Assembly: GCA_963664705.1 (NCBI GenBank)
Contig: OY761556.1
Span: forward strand, 3,968,001 to 4,032,000
Reading direction: 5' to 3'
DNA: 64,000 nucleotides
From: Acidobacteriota bacterium
Lineage (GTDB): Bacteria > Acidobacteriota > UBA6911
Below are positions 10,404 through 20,759 of this stretch, piece after piece. Positions within the stretch are counted from its first letter, which is position 1. The number at the start of each line of letters is the position of its first letter. A program made the position numbers and the translations under genes. Below the pieces are notes generated by a model. The model searched no databases. It saw nothing but the letters and a program-made list of their open reading frames with translations, and was not told the origin of the DNA.

Positions 10404-11513
10404 TTATCCGAAAATGTCCTTCACTTTATCGAAGATGCTCCGTTCCTGCATCAGATCGTCATCTTTGCTGACCTTAGCCAGCTGCTCGAAGGCCTGTCGC
10501 TGCTCTTTGGTCAGTTTTGTGGGCACCACAAGATTAACAGTGACAAACTGATCGCCACGACCTCTTTCGCCGAGACTGACGATCCCCTTATTGCGCAGAC
10601 GGAATACGGAGCCACTCTGAGTACCTTCGGGAATCTTGAGCTTTTCTTCACCTTCCAGAGTAGGAACGGTAATTTCACAACCCAGAACAGCCTGCGCGAT
10701 CCCTATTGGCACCTGACAGTAGATGTTGTTTCCCTGCCGCTGAAAGAACGGATGTTCCTCCACGTAGATGACGACATACAGATCGCCGGATGGTCCATTG
10801 TGGAGACCGGCTTCACCTTCTCCCTGGATGCGGAGCCTGGCGCCGTTATCCACGCCCGCAGGGATGCGTATTTCCAGGACCTTTTCTCTGCGAACTCGAC
10901 CCTTTCCCTGGCATGTCTCGCAAGGCTCATTGATCACACGCCCGGTACCGTTGCACTGGTTACACGTTCTGCTGATCGAAAAAAAGCCCTGCTGATAGCG
11001 AACCTGTCCCGAACCGTGGCATGTAGGGCAGCTGACAGGATTCTTTCCCTTGGGAGTTCCCCTGCCTTCACAGGCGCCGCAGGTGTCCTGACGGGGTATT
11101 TTGATTTTGGTCTTTAGGCCCGATGCCGCTTCGCGGAAGGAAATCTTCAAGTCATACCGGAGATCGGAGCCACGCTCCGGACCACCGCGTCTGCGTCCGC
11201 CAAAGATGTCGCCAAACCCGAAGAATTCGCCAAGAATGTCGCCGAAGTCTCCAAAGGTGTTCGGGTCGAACCCGCCGAAACCACCCTGCAGCCCACTGTG
11301 GCCGTATCGGTCGTACCGGGAACGCTTCTCTGAATCGCTCAGGATGCTATAGGCTTCCGCGGCTTCCTTGAACTTTTCCTCGGCTCCTTTGTCATTCGGA
11401 TTCTTATCCGGATGAAATTTGAGAGCCAACTTACGGTAAGCGCTTTTTATTTCCTGATCCGAAGCATCCTGGGCCACGCCAAGGACTTCGTAATAGTCAC
11501 GTTTATTAGCCAA
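10404..11513 (-). CDS. dnaJ: Chaperone DnaJ
   Basis: J-domain with HPD, G/F region, four CxxCxGxG repeats. Confidence 0.98.
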   Translation of the reverse strand: MANKRDYYEVLGVAQDASDQEIKSAYRKLALKFHPDKNPNDKGAEEKFKEAAEAYSILSDSEKRSRYDRYGHSGLQGGFGGFDPNTFGDFGDILGEFFGFGDIFGGRRRGGPERGSDLRYDLKISFREAASGLKTKIKIPRQDTCGACEGRGTPKGKNPVSCPTCHGSGQVRYQQGFFSISRTCNQCNGTGRVINEPCETCQGKGRVRREKVLEIRIPAGVDNGARLRIQGEGEAGLHNGPSGDLYVVIYVEEHPFFQRQGNNIYCQVPIGIAQAVLGCEITVPTLEGEEKLKIPEGTQSGSVFRLRNKGIVSLGERGRGDQFVTVNLVVPTKLTKEQRQAFEQLAKVSKDDDLMQERSIFDKVKDIFG

Positions 11514-11560
11514 TGAAAATCCCCAATATCACCACACCATCACTATCACTATGACGGAAT

Positions 11561-13474
11561 TTAAGATTTCGAAGTCAAGTCGTCCAATGCAGATTTCATG
11601 AGCCTGTCCGCACTAGCGTTCGATTCGTCGCCGGATCCCGGATTTACGGGCCTTAACCCCTCCATTCCGGGGACGCTATACATGGCCGCCGACAATTTGC
11701 CTGCGCCTTCTTCCAATCTCGCCAAAAGCTCTCGCAGGGAGTCCGCATTCACATCCTCGGCCGGCAGACTCTTCGTTCTTTGAATCGCCTCTTTTATCAT
11801 TGCCTGATCGGTGCCGTCAAGCAGCCAGCCAAGATCGGAATAACTTCGGGCGACAGCCGATTCCATGGCCTTGATGCGATTCCTCAATTCGGCGATTTCT
11901 CGCGCTTTCAAATCCTTATCCGCGAACTGCTTAGCTTCCAGAACCATTCTGTCTATTTCTTCTTTACTCAACCCTGTCGACGGAGTGATTCGGATCGCCT
12001 GCTCTTTGCCGGAAAATACATCTTTCGCGGAAACGCTCAGGATTCCATTGGCATCCATGTCAAACGCAACTTCAATTTGCGCCGCGCCTCGAGGTCCGGG
12101 AATGATGCCAACCAGGTTGAACTTTGCCAGAGATCGGTTGAATTGAACCAGTTCCCGTTCTCCCTGCAGGACATGGATCTCAACCACGGTCTGATTGTCC
12201 GCCACCGTGGTAAATATGAGCGTTTTTTTCAGCGGAATGGTTGAGTTGTGTTCAATGACCCGGGTAAAGAGCCCGCCCTGCGTTTCCACGCCCAGAGAAA
12301 GCGGCAGGACGTCCAGCAGCACGATTTCCTTGATTTCTCCCTGGAGGACTCCGCCCTGAAGAGCAGCCCCGGCGGCAACAACTTCATCCGGGTTGACTTC
12401 GAGAGAAGGCTTCATGCCAAAGATCTTTTCAACATGCCTCTGGACTGCGGGAGTACGGGTCTGGCCGCCGACGAGAATAACTTTGTCGATATCCCTGGGA
12501 GACAGCCCCGCGTCCGCCAATGACTTTTCGCAAAATGCCGTCGTTCTTTCAATCAGCGGCCGCACCAGTTGTTCGAAGCAATCGCGGGTCAAAACTTTAT
12601 CGAAATGCCTCGGGCCTTTCGCGTCTGCCGCGATAAAGGGAAGGTTGATCCGTGATTCGCGCTCGCTGGAAAGGTCGCATTTCACGATTTCCGCCGTTTC
12701 CCGTAAACGCTGCCGCGCAAGCACATCCTTACTCAGATCAATGCCGGTTTCAGTTTTGAATTCCGCGATCATCCAATCCATGATGCAGCGATCGAAGTCC
12801 TCACCGCCGAGAAAACTATCGCCGCAGGTGGAAATCACTTCAAAGACACCCTGGTTAATATCGAGAATGGATACATCGAAGGTTCCGCCGCCCAGATCAA
12901 AAATAGCCACCCGCTCGCGGTCTTTTTTCCCCAAACCATAGGCCAGCGCCGCCGCGGTCGGCTCATTGATGATGCGACGTACTTCAAGACCCGCGATGCG
13001 TCCGGCATCCTTTGTCGCCTGTCGCTGGGAGTCGTCAAAATAGGCAGGAACCGTAATGATCGCTTCAGTAACGGGTTCGTTTAAAAAATCCTCTGCCGAG
13101 CCTTTCAGATACTGAAGCAACATCGCCGAAATTTCCGGTGGGCTGTAGTCCCGTCCACGAATCGAGACACGCACATCTCCATTCGCGGCAGCGGCAATGG
13201 CATAGGTCAGGTAGGACCTTATCTTCTGAATTTCCGGCGAGTCAAACTGCCGGCCCATCAGCCGTTTCACGGCATAGATCGTGTTGGCGGCATTGGTAAC
13301 CGCCTGTCTTTTAGCGATCTGCCCGAGAAGCCGGTCTCCCTTTTCAGCAAAAGCGACAATCGATGGAGTCGTCCTGCCTCCGATGTTATTGGGGATAATC
13401 TGGACGGAGGGGCCTTCAAGGACGGCAACACAGGAATTCGTTGTTCCCAGGTCGATGCCTATGATTTTGCTCAT
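11561..13474 (-). CDS. dnaK: Hsp70 chaperone DnaK (somewhat divergent)
   Basis: GIDLGTTNS, TVPAYF, INEPTAAALAYG and DLGGGTFDVS motifs. Confidence 0.95.
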   Translation of the reverse strand: MSKIIGIDLGTTNSCVAVLEGPSVQIIPNNIGGRTTPSIVAFAEKGDRLLGQIAKRQAVTNAANTIYAVKRLMGRQFDSPEIQKIRSYLTYAIAAAANGDVRVSIRGRDYSPPEISAMLLQYLKGSAEDFLNEPVTEAIITVPAYFDDSQRQATKDAGRIAGLEVRRIINEPTAAALAYGLGKKDRERVAIFDLGGGTFDVSILDINQGVFEVISTCGDSFLGGEDFDRCIMDWMIAEFKTETGIDLSKDVLARQRLRETAEIVKCDLSSERESRINLPFIAADAKGPRHFDKVLTRDCFEQLVRPLIERTTAFCEKSLADAGLSPRDIDKVILVGGQTRTPAVQRHVEKIFGMKPSLEVNPDEVVAAGAALQGGVLQGEIKEIVLLDVLPLSLGVETQGGLFTRVIEHNSTIPLKKTLIFTTVADNQTVVEIHVLQGERELVQFNRSLAKFNLVGIIPGPRGAAQIEVAFDMDANGILSVSAKDVFSGKEQAIRITPSTGLSKEEIDRMVLEAKQFADKDLKAREIAELRNRIKAMESAVARSYSDLGWLLDGTDQAMIKEAIQRTKSLPAEDVNADSLRELLARLEEGAGKLSAAMYSVPGMEGLRPVNPGSGDESNASADRLMKSALDDLTSKS

Positions 13475-13482
13475 CAGGGTGT

Positions 13483-14088
13483 CTAGTCTTTTCCTTGCGG
13501 TTGAACCGCAACAATGACTTGAGCCGGGCGAAGAAGCTTATCTCTGAACATGTAGCCTTTGCGCAGTTCTCTGACAATCGTGTCTTCTGCTACATCAGAT
13601 GTTTCCTCACGCGACACCGCCTCGTGCATGTGTGGATCAAACGGTTTCCCTTCAGCCTCGACCGCAACAACCCCGGTGCGGTTTAGCGTGTCCAGCAGCT
13701 GTTTATAGAGCAGTTCAACGCCCTGTTTGAATTGCTGCAGGCTGGCAGAATCGGCGGCCACACTATCGGTCAGGCTTTTCAAAGCCCGCTCACAGGCATC
13801 GGCCACCGGGAGAAACTCAAGCAGAACGGAGCTTTTCGCCGATATCATGATATCGGCCTTTTCCTTATCCGCCCTTTTCCTGTAGTTTTCAAACTCCGCA
13901 GCTTTGCGAAGAAATCGATCCTGCCACTCTGCGACTTCATCCTTGGCCGTTTTCAAATCCGCCTGGAGTTGGACCTGCGGGTCCGTCGGAGGGGCCACAG
14001 ATTCGACCGTACTCTCCTCGTTTTCAGATCCATTCACGGGGTTTTCTCCTTCCACGTCGGAAGGATGCTGATACATTCTAAACGTCAT
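13483..14088 (-). CDS. grpE: Nucleotide exchange factor GrpE
   Basis: AEFENYRKR, FDPHMHEAV, GYMFRDKLLRPAQVIV. Confidence 0.97.
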   Translation of the reverse strand: MTFRMYQHPSDVEGENPVNGSENEESTVESVAPPTDPQVQLQADLKTAKDEVAEWQDRFLRKAAEFENYRKRADKEKADIMISAKSSVLLEFLPVADACERALKSLTDSVAADSASLQQFKQGVELLYKQLLDTLNRTGVVAVEAEGKPFDPHMHEAVSREETSDVAEDTIVRELRKGYMFRDKLLRPAQVIVAVQPQGKD

Positions 14089-15152
14089 TTCTGATTTCCT
14101 GTCTCGAGCACTCGTCCAAACAACCTCGCAACATAATCCACCAACGAAATGGCTCGAGCGTATTCCATTCGAGTGGGCCCCAGAATCCCCAGAGACCCGT
14201 GGGTTTTCTCATCCACCACATATCTGGAGGTAATCAGGGTGCAATCCTCAATTCCCGCAAGTGCGTTCTCCGCTCCAATGGTAATTCGCACTTCCTGGGT
14301 GTCTCCTTCGATACAGCGTGAAATCAAAGCGGCTAACCGACTCTTCTGCTCAATGGTCTCAAACAGAAGCTTCATCCTGTTAATATCGGAAAATTCAGGG
14401 GTTTTGATTAGATTCGAGGCTCCATCCAGATAAACCTCGGAATCCAGTTCCCCCTCCGACTCGGAAAAGGCCTGAGTGCTGAGGGCAATTACCCTCTGCA
14501 TGAACCTGTCGTATAAAGCTTGCTCTTTCTGAATCATTCCCAGGATTTGTGTCCTGATTTCGGATAGTGTTTTGTCGCGGAAATTTTCGACTATATAGCG
14601 TGCTGCCTGGTCAAGCTCGGTTTGAAGTATGTTTTCTTTATAATAAATGATCCGATTCTGGACGATTCCCGATCGGGAAACCAGGATGACCAGAATCTTG
14701 TTGTCCGCCAACTTTACAAAATGAATATGTTCCAAGGCTACTCGGCTGATCGGAGGAGAGACAACAATTCCGACATTCTTCGATATCCGCGAAAGTACCT
14801 GGCTTGCGCGGGCCATTAAGTGCTCCGCATTGTCATCCAGCCGCAGATCCCGCTCGATCATATTGCGATCCAGCGGCGAAAGGTCTTCTCTTTTCAGCAG
14901 ATAATCGACATAGAACCGATATGCCTTGTCCGTGGGCACGCGTCCCGCGGAGGCATGCGGCTGATGCAGATACCCCCTCTCCTCGAGGTCTGCCATAATA
15001 TTGCGCACGGTGGCCGGGCTCAGTTGCTCTTTGCTCTGCCGGGCAATCCTGCGGGATCCTACCGGTCTTCCGGTGACGACAAAATTGGCAATGACCCAAT
15101 TTAGGATTTCCTGGTTCCGCTCGCTAAATAGAAAATCGCTTGCATCCGGCAT
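14085..15152 (-). CDS. hrcA: Heat-inducible transcription repressor HrcA
   Basis: PVGSR, SPATVRNIMADLE, PHASAGRVPT, GILGPTRMEY. Confidence 0.97.
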   Translation of the reverse strand: MPDASDFLFSERNQEILNWVIANFVVTGRPVGSRRIARQSKEQLSPATVRNIMADLEERGYLHQPHASAGRVPTDKAYRFYVDYLLKREDLSPLDRNMIERDLRLDDNAEHLMARASQVLSRISKNVGIVVSPPISRVALEHIHFVKLADNKILVILVSRSGIVQNRIIYYKENILQTELDQAARYIVENFRDKTLSEIRTQILGMIQKEQALYDRFMQRVIALSTQAFSESEGELDSEVYLDGASNLIKTPEFSDINRMKLLFETIEQKSRLAALISRCIEGDTQEVRITIGAENALAGIEDCTLITSRYVVDEKTHGSLGILGPTRMEYARAISLVDYVARLFGRVLETGNQK

Positions 15153-15221
15153 ACCAATACTTCCTGTCCGCTCGATTCGCGCACACGTTTACACCACGAG
15201 CGTAAATAGCTGTTGGAAAAG

Positions 15222-15249
15222 ATTATAGTATCGATGTCCGCAAAGTCAA
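15222..15249 (-). promoter_or_regulatory. sigma70-type promoter of the hrcA-grpE-dnaK-dnaJ operon
   Basis: Minus strand reads TTGACT-N16-TATAAT, about 70 bp upstream of the hrcA ATG. Confidence 0.65.
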
Positions 15250-15359
15250 ACAGGCGGGAAAATCTAGAATTGGGAATGAAAGCAGAATCCAGGAATGGTC
15301 CGCAGGCTCCGGGGATCCGGCATTCATGCCGAATCCCCAAAATCCGATAAGCCAACAGG

Positions 15360-16946
15360 TTAGGGCTTGATAATGCTGGTATAGAAAATCTCGGGCACTA
15401 TATGGTTGCCTTCGTCGCGATTGGCGCGGATCAACTTCAGCACCATGGCGTCGCCGCTCTTCATACCCTTTACCACAGTGTTCAAATCCTGGGCATTGGT
15501 AATCGGCTTCCCATTCAATGCAACGATTACATCCGCCTCTGCAACCAATCCGGCGTCGTCAGCAAGACTTCCTGGTTTCACCGTCTGAATATATGCTCCA
15601 CCGGAGATTTCCATATCACGGGCTAATCTCGGAGGAATGGTGTCGATGACAAGGCCAATCTCATTTTTGGGCTTGTCCTGTTTTTCATCGAAGCTGTACT
15701 TTGTCTGCTCCTGACGCTCGAAAATCCGCTCAGCAACCACAACCTCAAAATCCCTTTCCTGGCCGTGGCGAACTATCTTCACCCTGGCTTTTTGCCCTGG
15801 AGGCGTATTGGCAACAGCCATTCGGAAATCCTGGACACCCTTTATCTTCTTTCCGTCAAATTCAACCACCACATCTTCCGGCTTCAATCCAGCCTTCGCG
15901 GCAGGTCCGGTTTCGGACTGCTCTCCCTTTTCATCCGTCAGCTGTGTGATCAGCACTCCCGCGCCTTGCTTTACGCCGAAGAAACTTGCCATCGCGGGAG
16001 TCAGCGGCATCCGGTTCATCTGCACGCCCACATAGCCTCTGGCTACCCTTCCAGCCTGCAGGATCTGGTTGTAAACGCGAACAAAAAGATGGGAAGGAAC
16101 GGCAAACCCAACGCCGGCGCTTGAGCGTGAAGATGTCGAGATAAAGCTATTGATCCCAATAACCTCAGCGTTCATATTCACCAGGGGACCGCCGCTGTTA
16201 CCGGGATTGATCGAGGCGTCTGTCTGGAGGTAATCATTAAACATCGTGTAATCGCCAGGCCCTTCGCCTTGCTCAAAGGTCCGCCCGATAGCCGAGATAA
16301 TCCCCGCCGTGACTGTCTGATCAAGGCCGAAGGGACTACCAACCGCAATTACCCAGTCTCCCACTTTGGTGCCTTTGGAGTTGCCAATCTTGGCAAACGG
16401 GAAATCGCTTTTCCCACTGATCTTAATCACGGCGATGTCGGAAACCGGATCGGTGCCTATAACTTTGGCAGTATATTCTTCACCGCCCGCTAGGCTGACC
16501 TTTATCCTCGTTGCGCCCTCAACCACATGATTGTTGGTGATGATATATCCTTTTGCATCGACGATGACGCCAGAGCCAAGGCTCTTCCTCATCTGTGGCT
16601 CAAACTGATAAGGTCCAGGCATAAAACGACGGAAAAAGTCGTTCGTCTGGCTATCCTGGTTTGGGCTCGGATTTACAATTTCCTCCGTATTAATGTTGAC
16701 AACACACGGTTCTATCCGGCTGGACGCTTCCTCAAAAGCCTGAGATAGCGCCAGAACTGCGCCTCCAGCAACCGGCTTGCCATCCGATTGCATCTGCAAT
16801 TGACTGTCCCCCGGTCCTGTAGCGTCGACGCGGTAGGAAATCAATGTTCCAATCGTTATGCCCAAACCAAGAACAAACAAAACCATTAAAACACTAAAAA
16901 GCCGCTTTCCACCGTTTCCTGCGCCATCATTCGGCTCGCTGCTCAT
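15360..16946 (-). CDS. HtrA/DegP-family serine protease with two PDZ domains
   Basis: N-terminal TM; catalytic triad TNNHVV, SDIAV, INPGNSGGPL; two PDZ domains. Confidence 0.96.
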   Translation of the reverse strand: MSSEPNDGAGNGGKRLFSVLMVLFVLGLGITIGTLISYRVDATGPGDSQLQMQSDGKPVAGGAVLALSQAFEEASSRIEPCVVNINTEEIVNPSPNQDSQTNDFFRRFMPGPYQFEPQMRKSLGSGVIVDAKGYIITNNHVVEGATRIKVSLAGGEEYTAKVIGTDPVSDIAVIKISGKSDFPFAKIGNSKGTKVGDWVIAVGSPFGLDQTVTAGIISAIGRTFEQGEGPGDYTMFNDYLQTDASINPGNSGGPLVNMNAEVIGINSFISTSSRSSAGVGFAVPSHLFVRVYNQILQAGRVARGYVGVQMNRMPLTPAMASFFGVKQGAGVLITQLTDEKGEQSETGPAAKAGLKPEDVVVEFDGKKIKGVQDFRMAVANTPPGQKARVKIVRHGQERDFEVVVAERIFERQEQTKYSFDEKQDKPKNEIGLVIDTIPPRLARDMEISGGAYIQTVKPGSLADDAGLVAEADVIVALNGKPITNAQDLNTVVKGMKSGDAMVLKLIRANRDEGNHIVPEIFYTSIIKP

Positions 16947-16987
16947 CGCTAAGTCCTCCGTACCAATACATTGTACTCGACTTACAT

Positions 16988-17015
16988 TTTACGCAATCTT
17001 CCTTCCTGCGTTTCA
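16988..17015 (-). promoter_or_regulatory. ECF-sigma-type promoter of degP
   Basis: Minus strand TGAAAC-N16-CGTAAA, matching the SigW-like consensus TGAAAC-N16-CGTA; GGAGG and ATG follow. Confidence 0.65.
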
Positions 17016-17118
17016 AGATTTGTCGTTACGGACCCCTCATTGCCCGCCGCGCTACAGAGGCCCGGAATCCCTTGAAACAGTGGGCTTTTAGAACTCATTG
17101 GCCTTAAAATAGCATCCG

Positions 17119-18456
17119 ATGCGCGATCGTGCTTATAGTTTTCTTAAAACTGCCGCAAAACCATTGCCCGCTGATACAATTCTGGCCGAAATTATGCAAG
17201 TCCATTCCCCTGCGCATGCATCTGCGGAAAAAATTATGGCGGCACTGATCGGGAAAGACCCTCGATTCGACCATGCAAACGGTCTTTGGTACATCCGGGA
17301 TGCCCCACCCATCCGGACATGGGATACAGACTCTGCATTCCTCTACATAGAAGCCGCCCATAGGACAAAGCACTGCCGGGGCGCCATCCATTGCACTTCA
17401 GGCCATTGTTTTGAATTTGACAGCTCCACAAGCGCCGCTGCGATCGTCGAAGCACTGGACAGGACGAAGGGAAAGGTGCTCTTTGCCTGGGGTAAACGGG
17501 ATTTGCATCAGCTGAATCAACTTCTTGCAAAGAGCCGCATTCCGGAATGGACGGGAGAGTTTCTCTCGCTGGGCCTGATGGCAAGCCGTCTGTTCCATCG
17601 AAAGATTCAGTCTCCCAACGCCCTGGCATCAGTCCTGGATATTCATGTGCCGGAGGATAGCGATCCCAAAGAAATGGCCCGTTTCATTTCCGACTGCGTT
17701 CCGCTTCTATTGGATCGCATACCAGCGGAATACAGAGAAGAGATCGGCCTGCTGCAAACCTGGGTCAACGGCGCAGAGAAGACCATTGATTTCGGGCATT
17801 TTGAATTTGATCTGATTTTTCTAAAACAACTCCCGGAATCCCCCGGCGTTTATATCATGAAGGATCGAACCGATCGGGTCCTTTATGTCGGCCAGTCCGG
17901 CAACCTGAGAAAACGAGTGCGCTCCTATTTCGTATCGAGTGCGCTGGAGCAGCCCAAAATACAAAAAATCCATGAGAGCCTCTATCGCATCGAAGTCCGT
18001 CAGACAAAAAATGAGGTGGAAGCCCTGCTTTTGGAAATGCGCCTCATTCGCAGGCTGAAACCGGTGATTAACCTGCAAACCGAGGTGCATCGGGATATCC
18101 CGCGGCATGGTCCACGGAATATCATCCTGATGGCAAGCAAAACCGATTATGAAGCAGCCACGCTCTATTTCTTGCGAGAGAATTGTTTCATCGGAAAGCA
18201 GCTAAACCGGCTGGGGACATCCGCGGCTGCCAAATTGCGGGAAAGAATCCGGAGGATCTTTTTCGGTAAGAGCAAAGAGCCGCGAAGGCATGATCCCCGG
18301 GAAATGGAGATCGTCGCCCGGTGGATGGCCCGACATGGAAAGCGTCTGAACTGGCTGGATGTTGACGAGGCAGGAAGCTTTGGCAATGTCATCCGACTGC
18401 TGAATGATTACCTGCATGATCCGGATAATTTGAGCAAAAAGGTCTATTACCGATAA
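17119..18456 (+). CDS. GIY-YIG (UvrC/Cho-like) nuclease fused to a degenerate DnaQ-like domain
   Basis: LPESPGVYIMKD..VLYVGQSGNLRKRVRSYF and EALLLEMRLIRRLKP match the UvrC N-terminal nuclease. The N-terminal half resembles a DEDDh fold lacking its acidic residues. Confidence 0.8.
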   Translation: MRDRAYSFLKTAAKPLPADTILAEIMQVHSPAHASAEKIMAALIGKDPRFDHANGLWYIRDAPPIRTWDTDSAFLYIEAAHRTKHCRGAIHCTSGHCFEFDSSTSAAAIVEALDRTKGKVLFAWGKRDLHQLNQLLAKSRIPEWTGEFLSLGLMASRLFHRKIQSPNALASVLDIHVPEDSDPKEMARFISDCVPLLLDRIPAEYREEIGLLQTWVNGAEKTIDFGHFEFDLIFLKQLPESPGVYIMKDRTDRVLYVGQSGNLRKRVRSYFVSSALEQPKIQKIHESLYRIEVRQTKNEVEALLLEMRLIRRLKPVINLQTEVHRDIPRHGPRNIILMASKTDYEAATLYFLRENCFIGKQLNRLGTSAAAKLRERIRRIFFGKSKEPRRHDPREMEIVARWMARHGKRLNWLDVDEAGSFGNVIRLLNDYLHDPDNLSKKVYYR

Positions 18457-18500
18457 CCCGATGACGGAGTCCCGATCGCCACAGCCTCCGAGACAAAAGA

Positions 18501-19220
18501 CTAATTCCTGGTGACTTCAATGTGCTTCAAGGGTAAAGCAATCCTGTAAAGAATGTGCTGGTCATCAACCCATAGGTCTATCTGCGCGGACCCCGAATCA
18601 GCTTTGAGGTGATGCAGATTCCGTTTTTTCCCGCGAATGGAGACGCTATCCAACCCGGCATCGCGGACCTGGAGCAATCCATTTCGCAGTTCCTGGGGAA
18701 TCACAACTTCCATCGGCTGCACGCTTACCTTGCTTTGAAAATCAAACAGCCTGGCAATGAATGCAAAATGATGGAATACGTTTGTATCCAGAATTGAATA
18801 TTGCTCTCCGACAAGCAACCCACTTTGCCTGGGAGGAACACCTGCTACGGCGTATTCGAAAGTCGCCTGTTTATCCTCGAAGCTTCCACGAACTATGCCC
18901 TTCTGCCCGTTTACCTCCGTCCGCAACTGATATTTGACCGGGACAAAAAGGCTGTTCATTACCAGTTCCGTTTCCAGCTTTATCAATTGCTTGCTGTTGG
19001 CGGGATCACGAAAACTCAAAGATGAACTGCTCCGAATAGAATCGCCGGAAGCTTGAATGGAAAATTTCTCCTGGCCGATTTCCTTCCCTGCCAGAGAAAT
19101 AACCAACTGGGCTTCATCGTGAAAGGGCTTTTGCTCGGCGGCAACAGCCATGAATGAAGAAATAGCGAAAGTACAGAATCCCCAAACGACGAATTTCAAA
19201 ATAGAGTTTATTCTCATCAT
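18501..19220 (-). CDS. Exported hypothetical protein, beta-rich
   Basis: Signal peptide; GKEIGQEKFSI and DLWVDDQHILYRI strands; start overlaps the stop of the upstream radical SAM gene. Confidence 0.7.
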   Translation of the reverse strand: MMRINSILKFVVWGFCTFAISSFMAVAAEQKPFHDEAQLVISLAGKEIGQEKFSIQASGDSIRSSSSLSFRDPANSKQLIKLETELVMNSLFVPVKYQLRTEVNGQKGIVRGSFEDKQATFEYAVAGVPPRQSGLLVGEQYSILDTNVFHHFAFIARLFDFQSKVSVQPMEVVIPQELRNGLLQVRDAGLDSVSIRGKKRNLHHLKADSGSAQIDLWVDDQHILYRIALPLKHIEVTRN

Positions 19221-20719
19221 GGGATGTTTTGGCCCGTCTCGCTTCCATCGAAAACGGGACGGTACCGGAAAGGTTTCACCTCACGCCGTTCAAAGGCCGT
19301 TTTCCATGCAGAGAAACTGCCGCCGGCCTTCCATGCATCCATTGCCGCCAATCCGGCTGATTCCCCAGTCTGGGAAAGCATATATTCGACCCACGCCCAG
19401 CGGGCGGAAATTGGGCGCACCTCTGCTTTTCCCTTCAATCCCGACCGGATCTTTGCCAGCTTCGCATTCAGCAAACCAATCGATTCAAAGGGCATTCCAT
19501 CGAGTGGAGTATTTCGCTTGGCAACAAAGGGCGCGATCCCCAGTGAGAGCGGGGCTATTCGGGAAAGCTCCAGGGAAAAACGAATCAGTTCTTCAATGTC
19601 GGCCATAGTTTCACCCGGAAGACCCACCATCTCATAAAGCTTCAATCGGTGCAACCCGGCGTTCCGAACCAGTTCCGCGGCGTGCAGGAGATGATGTTCG
19701 CTTGTTTTGCGCTGAACCATGTCCCGCAGACGCTGCGATGCCCCATCCGATGCGGTCGTCAACGTTCGATATCCGCCCCGCGCCAGCAGTTTCACCAGAT
19801 CATCATTGAGACGATCTGCTCGCAGGCTGGAAATCCCAATCTCGCGTCCACTCTCCACAATCCTGGCAACGAGATCGTTTATTTCGGGATGATCGGTTAC
19901 TGCCGCCCCCACCAGGCCGACGCGTCGTGCATTCTCCGGAATGAGCGAGAAAGCTTTCGCAGAAGGAACAAGCCTCATTCCTCCATTCGTTGTTCGGCGC
20001 ATCACACAATAATTACAGCCGCGGGAGCAGCCGCGCTCCGGCTCCACAAGAAACATTGAAGCAAGGACGGTATTCTTCGTCAGGATTTGAGAGAAGGCCG
20101 GCAGCCTGGAATCAGGGGCTTTGGCTATCGGAGGAAGCTCCTCCGTCATACCGGGAACGAAACAGCCCGGAACAGCGGACAGCCTGCCGAGGATAGCCTC
20201 CCTTCCTTGCTCCGAAGCGGCGGCCTCCAGAAATGTGTGGATAAGCTCTTCGCCCTCACCGAGAAGAATCAAGTCGACAAATGGAGCCAGGGGCAATGGG
20301 TTCGAGTTTGTCAGCGGGCCACCCACAATAACAAGCGGATGCCTGTCAGTGCGGTCCTGCCGGAGCAGCGGGATACCGCTCAAATCAAGAACCTCCAGTA
20401 TTCCGGTTAACTCCAGTTCATAGGCAATCGAAAATGCAATCACAGGAAAATCTGCAATCGGAGTCTCCGATTCATAGGTGAGGATCGGAACATGATTTTT
20501 CCTGTGTTCGGCAGAATCCTCAGGAGCAAACGCTCGCTCAGCCGACCAGTCTGGATGTTGATTTATCTCGCGGTAGATCGTCTGATATCCGAGCGAGCTC
20601 ATGGCGACATCGTAAGGAGCCGGATGGCACAAGGCGATCCGGAGAGGCGAGGGCTTGCGAATAACGCCCTCCTCCTCACGCACTCTCTGCCGGATTTTGC
20701 TCAGAATATCCCAGGTCAT
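19217..20719 (-). CDS. Radical SAM protein with B12-binding-like N-terminal domain
   Basis: CSRGCNYC motif; YDVAMSSLGYQ, GEGEE and FVAKRNTP. Start set at MTWDIL (20719). Confidence 0.88.
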   Translation of the reverse strand: MTWDILSKIRQRVREEEGVIRKPSPLRIALCHPAPYDVAMSSLGYQTIYREINQHPDWSAERAFAPEDSAEHRKNHVPILTYESETPIADFPVIAFSIAYELELTGILEVLDLSGIPLLRQDRTDRHPLVIVGGPLTNSNPLPLAPFVDLILLGEGEELIHTFLEAAASEQGREAILGRLSAVPGCFVPGMTEELPPIAKAPDSRLPAFSQILTKNTVLASMFLVEPERGCSRGCNYCVMRRTTNGGMRLVPSAKAFSLIPENARRVGLVGAAVTDHPEINDLVARIVESGREIGISSLRADRLNDDLVKLLARGGYRTLTTASDGASQRLRDMVQRKTSEHHLLHAAELVRNAGLHRLKLYEMVGLPGETMADIEELIRFSLELSRIAPLSLGIAPFVAKRNTPLDGMPFESIGLLNAKLAKIRSGLKGKAEVRPISARWAWVEYMLSQTGESAGLAAMDAWKAGGSFSAWKTAFERREVKPFRYRPVFDGSETGQNIP

Positions 20720-20722
20720 AGG

Positions 20723-20753
20723 AGATTTCAGATTCCAGATTTCAGATTCCAGA
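20723..20753. repeat. 7-bp tandem repeat AGATTTC/AGATTCC x4
   Basis: agatttc agattcc agatttc agattcc aga, between queE and the radical SAM gene. Confidence 0.85.
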
Positions 20754-20759
20754 ATGGAG

